Assembly (NCBI GenBank): GCA_976226885.1 | Contig: OZ320320.1 | Span: 84,940,001 to 85,004,000 of the forward strand | Direction of reading: 5' to 3' | DNA: 64,000 nucleotides | From: Iphione sp. A-MEVVRFRX5 | Taxonomy: Eukaryota | In this document: piece after piece, positions 57,919 to 64,000 of the stretch | How the letters are laid out: each line of letters starts with the position of its first letter | Position numbering within the stretch: position 1 is the first letter of the stretch | Program-made: the position numbers and the translations under genes | Notes under the pieces: model-generated | Database searches by the model: none | Told to the model about the DNA's origin: nothing | The model's input: the letters and a program-made list of their open reading frames with translations, nothing else

Positions 57919-60900
57919 ACAAATGTTTCATTTTCACTAAAACATGTGACATGTGACTAAGTAGGCATTCGACTACGGCCGGCAATTTAAATCTGACAAG
58001 CTAGGTTATAACTAGTGCTCGACCAGTTATTCTCCCCTGTTTTTTTTATGTGTACCTGATAATCGGCGCAGAAAATGCTTATTTTTCACAAATCGGCGCA
58101 GTGATACACCACAGCGGATTTTCAATTATTACGTCACCGGGAAATACCCTTGTTTACTTGCTTCACTAAGAAAATAGTCCAATGTCGTATTCTGCTTCTA
58201 CTTCAAGCAGCCATAATTAAATGAATTCTGCAGAACTTGTCTGCATTTGGGATATTTTCACCGAATACATAAGTTACAATAAAAAATATTCTATCTGTTT
58301 TAACTCACATCTGTGAGAGACCTCCTTCCCATGGCCAGACCTACTTTCCGGCAACATTTTATATAGGTAGTATAACTACAGCAACTGCTGCTAGTACTAC
58401 TACTACTGCTAGTACAACTACTACTATTATGTAACACAGTAGTTATTATGATAGAAAATGTATCAAACTAGAAATGTTCTCAAAGTCCTGGTGTTATGTA
58501 AAGTGTATAGTTACATGTTACTAAGCAAAGCCATGTACAATGTACTTAACTACACAAACAAAAATGTTCGTCAAGTGCTCTTGTTCTTGGAATCAGCTCC
58601 TAGCAGAAGCTGCTCTTGGTAAAACATTGTAATAACTTGTTTTGCGGTGTCATGTCTTGTGTGAACAAAGTAACTCTTATTGTCTACATTCTACAAAGTA
58701 CCCTGGATACTTGGTGCTGTGATGTCACTTAGCGTAAAATTGCAGACAACTATTGTTTGAACAGCTGTAATTTATGATTGTGTTCAGTGTTTATCATAAG
58801 GTTTAAATATATAGACAGAGTCGCTCTGACATTCTCACCAGACTCGCCACTTGCTGAACTGTACCATGCTGTATACTGTGAAGAAGAATAAAGACTGCAA
58901 TTGAACCCACTGGTGTGATGTACACTTTGTTGTTACATTTACTACTATTACTGCTACTGCTACTATTACAAGAGCTACTTCAACAACTACTATTTCTACT
59001 TCTTCTGATACTGCTGCAATTACAACTACTGTTACTACTACTACTGCTATTACTATTACTCACAGTCGCCCTAATCTAGCAGCTCTAGTATGGAGAATTT
59101 CCGGCGGAACTAATATGTGAAGACATCTGGTAAAATGAGCGTATACATCTATGAGCATGTTCGCCGTAAAACCAGTGAAAGTTACCTAAAATATTGACTT
59201 AATTTGAGGACTTTATTCGACATTTCAAAACGATTGCATAATACACTGCGTGGTAGACAACCTCCTCCATCACAGTGAGGAACAGATTACGGGATTCCAC
59301 TGGAATAAATTAAACTAGACACAAGTGACAATGCATTCTTTTGCGTGTTCAATACTCCCTCTTTATGGACTGTGTTTGGCCCTTTCTGAGGGTCTTGGCT
59401 TTCATTTGATTTGTTTCATTAACATAGAAGCAGTAGAAGTGATATAACCATTATAAACTTATCCCTGTCAGTATGAACTAGCGATGGAAAAAAGAAAAAT
59501 AAAAAAAATACCACCTACCTACTGACTCGATAGTTTTTCCAGCTTATTACTAGAAGCACATATTTAATTAAGGCCTTAGTGTTATAGGGAGGAGATGAGC
59601 GGCCATGTTGGATTCCCTGAGGATATGTTCTCCTCTGAATATGACAGTTTGACAGTTAGCTGATCATACTAGAGAAGGAGGGGGAAAAAAGATACCTCCC
59701 CAAGGAAATGCTAAGAGGAAGAGTCTCCTCTAAGTAAAATCAAACACAGAGAGGCTCGTCAGTGACAGCACGTGGTGAATTAGACACGAGGTATGGCCAT
59801 AAGCTACACATATTAACCCAACTACCTTTTATGGACGTACTTTGCTTACAGCCACTAGGCTTGTATGCAGGCGGGCTGGCGTTGGTGGAGGGGGTTGGGG
59901 GCCGGAAAGTATATCTGCCATGAAATTGCTGTTGCCTAGAGAGACCAATTATGTACGTGGCTGTAAATACTTAAATGCTAAGAGTAGACTTTTATATTAG
60001 TAGAGTAGGCCTTCGAACAAGTGAAAACGAGGCCAGGACCCCGTGCTATAGCGGGTGTACCCTGTGTTTTATGTGCACGTTTGGATAAGAGAATATTCTG
60101 TGTCTTTATTGAATGGAGTGAAGTTACATCAATGGAAACATAATATTCCTTAAAGACAGGGACTTGTCCCATTTAGACATCTGGATATCTCTCTGTTAGA
60201 CTGGATTTTGATTGGTATATTACCCTAAAGGTGAAAATCACATAACATTATGTTAGGCATTATGCCAGAATCAGATAACACTGTGAGCTAACACTTCACA
60301 TTATGTTAATGATCTTAAAGTGACTCTGTATTGTAAGTGTACAGTTAAAAGTCTCTGTGCATAAAGTCTTATATGAGAATTAACAGGAGCAAAGAAAAAT
60401 TTTTGCAAGTACACGTAGTTCTGGTTAAGGGGTCTACTTGACTTCCACTAGATTATTTTTGTCTAGAACTTGTTTACAGCTTGTACCTAGAACGTGTTCA
60501 TGATACTCCTGAAATGTACGAAACCATCAGTACATAACATCTTTATCTATCAAAGTACCCGTGATACTTGTCATGATGATTTAGACGGATGTAAGTAAGA
60601 TGATCGAGTATTGTTTGCTTGTAATCAAGGGTTAAAACAAGCTGTGTGATGTTTATACACAGTGTTTACCAAAGTATTTGAGTATTTAAGGAGGCTGGTA
60701 TGATACCCTCCTTGGACTCATCTGCTGCCGACCATTGAATGCTGTACTGCTGTTCCAGAAATAAAGGCTGAGAATCAAACCTACCAGTGTGGTGTGCACT
60801 GTGTTGTTAGAGTGTTGATTTGCTTTCGCTGTGATTTGGGGGAATGCAGGATAGCAGCAGAAATGTACCCATGCACACATGGTGCATGTAGGGTTGGTGT

Positions 60901-61295
60901 CTCCAAATAGCATGTTTTTAGTATTGAACATGTTCCGTTTTTCATGGACATGTATCTGTGTGGTGTGGTTTCAGGGTTCTATACTTACGAACAGAGTTGT
61001 TAAAAGCAGACATGCTACAGAGATGTTTCAGTGGTCTGGGGGATTAATAATAATAATAATTATGGTCCACTCTCTCATACATTGTACAAGGTTTTCAGAC
61101 TTTGACAGGTAATGCATATACAGACAAATACTGACAGAAATTCAAATGACTTTACAAAATGTCTGCTCTGATTGTATTGGATTATATGCAGATTGGTTAC
61201 CCATTTGCGGAACATGTCAGTGAAACCTGTTAGCAAAGCACAAACTTTCCAGGGTACTACATGGACTTCTAGTACCCTACATGCATACACAAGCA

Positions 61296-61468
61296 CAGTG
61301 TTCCCTCGATGATAAGACCACTATTGGTTCTTACTTCAAGCTCGGGGGAAATAGGGAGTGGTCTTATTGGAGAAGGGTATTCATATACATGTACAGTCTG
61401 TCCCCTAGAAGTGGTCTTATTTGGGAGGTAGCCTGGTTAGAGAGGTGGTCGTAGTCCGAGGGGATAGT
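61296..61468. mobile_element. Degenerate Tc1/mariner-type MITE
   Basis: CAGTGTTCCCTCG...GACCAC with an imperfect inverted end; internal gtggtcttatt repeats. Confidence 0.45.
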
Positions 61469-61637
61469 GTACATCAAAATTCTACCTGAATATGTGTCTG
61501 CATGTTTCAGTGGGTATTGAGAGGGTTTCTTGCTGATTTTACTCCACCTCAACTATGGATGAATTTCCATGCACCCATGTGGTGGGTCGCCCTGTACAGC
61601 TGTATGTTCTGTAGCGCTGTGTCTTCATGCAGATGTG

Positions 61638-61815
61638 CAGGCCCATAGCCACGAAGTCTTTTTTTGGGGTGGGGGTAAGTAGACGATACGCCTAGTACTC
61701 CAGAGGTTGGCCTCCAGGCAACCATCACTATGCGTTCCTATAGGCATTACGTCTTGGGGGGGGGGGAAGGGGACTATCAGACGATACCCCCGATAATCCT
61801 GTGGTTACGGGCCTG
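61638..61815. mobile_element. CAGG...CCTG MITE
   Basis: CAGGCCCATAGCCAC / GTGGTTACGGGCCTG; flanks atgtg / atctg. Confidence 0.82.
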
Positions 61816-62365
61816 ATCTGTATCTGCGTTCTGCATTCATCATTTACATCAGTGTAACCATAACTCCCATTCCAAACACTTGTACGTGGCTATGAAAACA
61901 TGGCAGAACATGCATAGAATGGGACATGTTCCATTATGAAAAGATGTTACACACCTGATCTTATCCAATACGCCTCCTCAAAATGATTGACTATGCCACC
62001 CGGATCACACACAGCTGCGTGGAGAACACATCTAAGGCTGGTGTTACATGCACCACGTTCTCCACGCAACCAGACGAATTACCCTGAGCATATTGGTGAA
62101 GTCACCCTTTGTTAACCTACACTACCAGATATACCTGCCCATATTTTTCTCCTTTGATTATTTTCCTTTATATCATCCATTGTTCTGTATTCACGGTAAG
62201 ACCTGGATATGCATTCAGATATTCTGAATTCTGAAATTCTGAACTATTCATATGTATACAATACAGCCACTGCTATAGGACTGCCCTATTGCTTCATTTG
62301 TTTGTTTGTTAGTGCAACGGTGCGCCTTTTCAGTGTACATATATATGGGTCTTGTTGCTGGAGAT

Positions 62366-62857
62366 GGAGATCATTGTGTGGATAGGTCACATGTGTTGGA
62401 GATCACGGTGTGTGTAGGTGACATGTGTTGGAGATCATGATGTGGATCAGTGACATGTGTTGGAGATCATGATGTGTGTAGGTGACATGTGTTGGAGATC
62501 ATGATGTGTGTAGGTTACATGTGTTGGAGATCATGGCATGTGTAGGCGACATGTGTTGGAGATCATGGTGTGAATCAGTGACATGTGTTGGAGATCATGA
62601 TGTGAGTAGGTGACATGTGTTGGAGATCATGGCATGTGTAGGCGACATGTGTTGGAGATCATGGTGTGGATCAGTGACATGTGTTGGATATCATGATGTG
62701 AGTAGGTGACATGTGTCGGAGATCATGGCATGTGTAGGCGACATGTGTTGGAGATCATGATGTGGATTGGTGACATGTGTTGGAGATCATGGCATGGGTA
62801 GGTGACATGTGTTGGAGATCATGGCGTGGGTAGGTGACATGTCTTGGAGATCATGGC
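62366..62857 (+). repeat. 32/33-bp minisatellite, ~15 copies
   Basis: Unit ggtgacatgtgttggagatcatgatgtgtgta. Confidence 0.95.
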
Positions 62858-62989
62858 TTGTCAAATGCTCCATTTGATGTTACTTATTGAGGGAGGGGGG
62901 AGTGCATGAGATAATGAGCTCCAAATGTCGTGGGTTAGGAGGACACAGTAGATTTGTAATGGTAACATGTCCATTACCATCGGTCCTGG

Positions 62990-63640
62990 ATGTGTTGGAG
63001 AGACCCAAACACACCCATACGCATTGTGATCAAGGGAGTGGATTTAGAGGAAGTCCGAACTAAGGAATCTAATACTTTGTCTCAGGTAAAAGACTGGGCA
63101 TCACGGATGAAAATCCAACTTAATCTTGCCAAGACAAATGGTATATTATTTAAAACGCGCTCCAATCACAGTGATGAGCAGGTGAGAAGAGAGATGGAAA
63201 AGTACCTAGGAATTAGTATGGTGACAACTGCTAGATATTTAGGGGTCTACATTCATGACCATCTAAGTATAAAGGTAAACTCAGGGAATTGGCTAACAGG
63301 ACTAGGCTCAAGGTGAAGTATCTAAGAACAGTAAGAAGATACATAGACTGCATGCTTGCAGTAAATGTAGCTAAGACAATGATCTTACTGGTGAGTGAGT
63401 ATGCGATTATAACAAATACTGTCATAAACTGCAGGGGTGTGGAACGAATTACAAAAGCAAGGAAACTAGCTATAAACATGGCATATGGCTACAAGAAGTT
63501 TAGTATGCAGGACATGAGACAAGACTTCATGGTAAGATGGAACAGGGCACTACTCAGGTTTGCTTATTGCCATGTAAATGAGAACAGAGGGGATGTTGGC
63601 AACAGAGTAGAAAGTAACGTAACAACTAGGGGGGCATGAA
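62990..63640 (+). pseudogene. Decayed LINE ORF2 C-terminal fragment
   Basis: WASRMKIQLNLAKT...RYLGVYIHDHL followed by a frameshift. Confidence 0.6.
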
Positions 63641-64000
63641 AACGACAGTATGCAGTATCATGACTGAATATAGAATTATATCACAGATCAATTACCAATA
63701 CATGTTATTTGTTGTGGCAAGGGCTGACTGTCGAAGCAACCTGGTTAGAGGGGAGACCAGCCAAACAATTCATGAAGAAGTTCGGCAGGACTATGATCCA
63801 GGACGTAAAAGTCCCATAGACAAAAAAGAAAGAAGGTGGGGCATGTGGCAATGCTGCTGCCCCAGGTTGAGTGCATATTAACGACCAGCTTCACAGGATG
63901 GGATGTGTGACAATGACAAAAGGGCATGTAGTAATGCCGCTGCCTACTGGTAACACTAGTAACATTTCTCTAAACAGTTAAGAACATTACTTTTTGATGA

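Noticed and set aside
57432-57960. Mucin-like poly-Thr (or poly-Val/Leu) ORFs
   Set aside because: Almost only ACT triplets, as expected for a microsatellite; similar tracts nearby; no splice or codon support

Overview
This is repeat-rich animal genomic DNA, most likely from an invertebrate: AT-rich background, microsatellites, spliceosomal-type signals and three N gaps. It is not prokaryotic, so most TTG/GTG-started ORFs in the track are noise. Host content is sparse: one long single-exon glycosyltransferase family 92 (DUF23)-like CDS (2165-4246), one tRNA-Lys(TTT) gene (26439-26511) and a possible first coding exon (46462-46538). Two retroelements are near-complete. (1) A young Ngaro-type tyrosine-recombinase retrotransposon (16270-20875) has identical split direct repeats A1...B1-A2-B2, a gag/pol -1 slippery site, an RNase H deletion and an ATG-less recombinase ORF. 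(2) A full-length CR1/L2-like LINE (~50980-57213) has an unusual three-ORF layout: ORF1 ending in a NADAR(YbiA)-like domain, a stand-alone SGNH hydrolase ORF, a spacer with five related hairpins, and an intact APE-RT ORF2. The rest is truncated LINEs, a tRNA-derived SINE family, several MITE families, many minisatellites, and a decayed multi-copy coding-like element I could not identify. All family assignments rest on motif recognition by eye; no searches were run.
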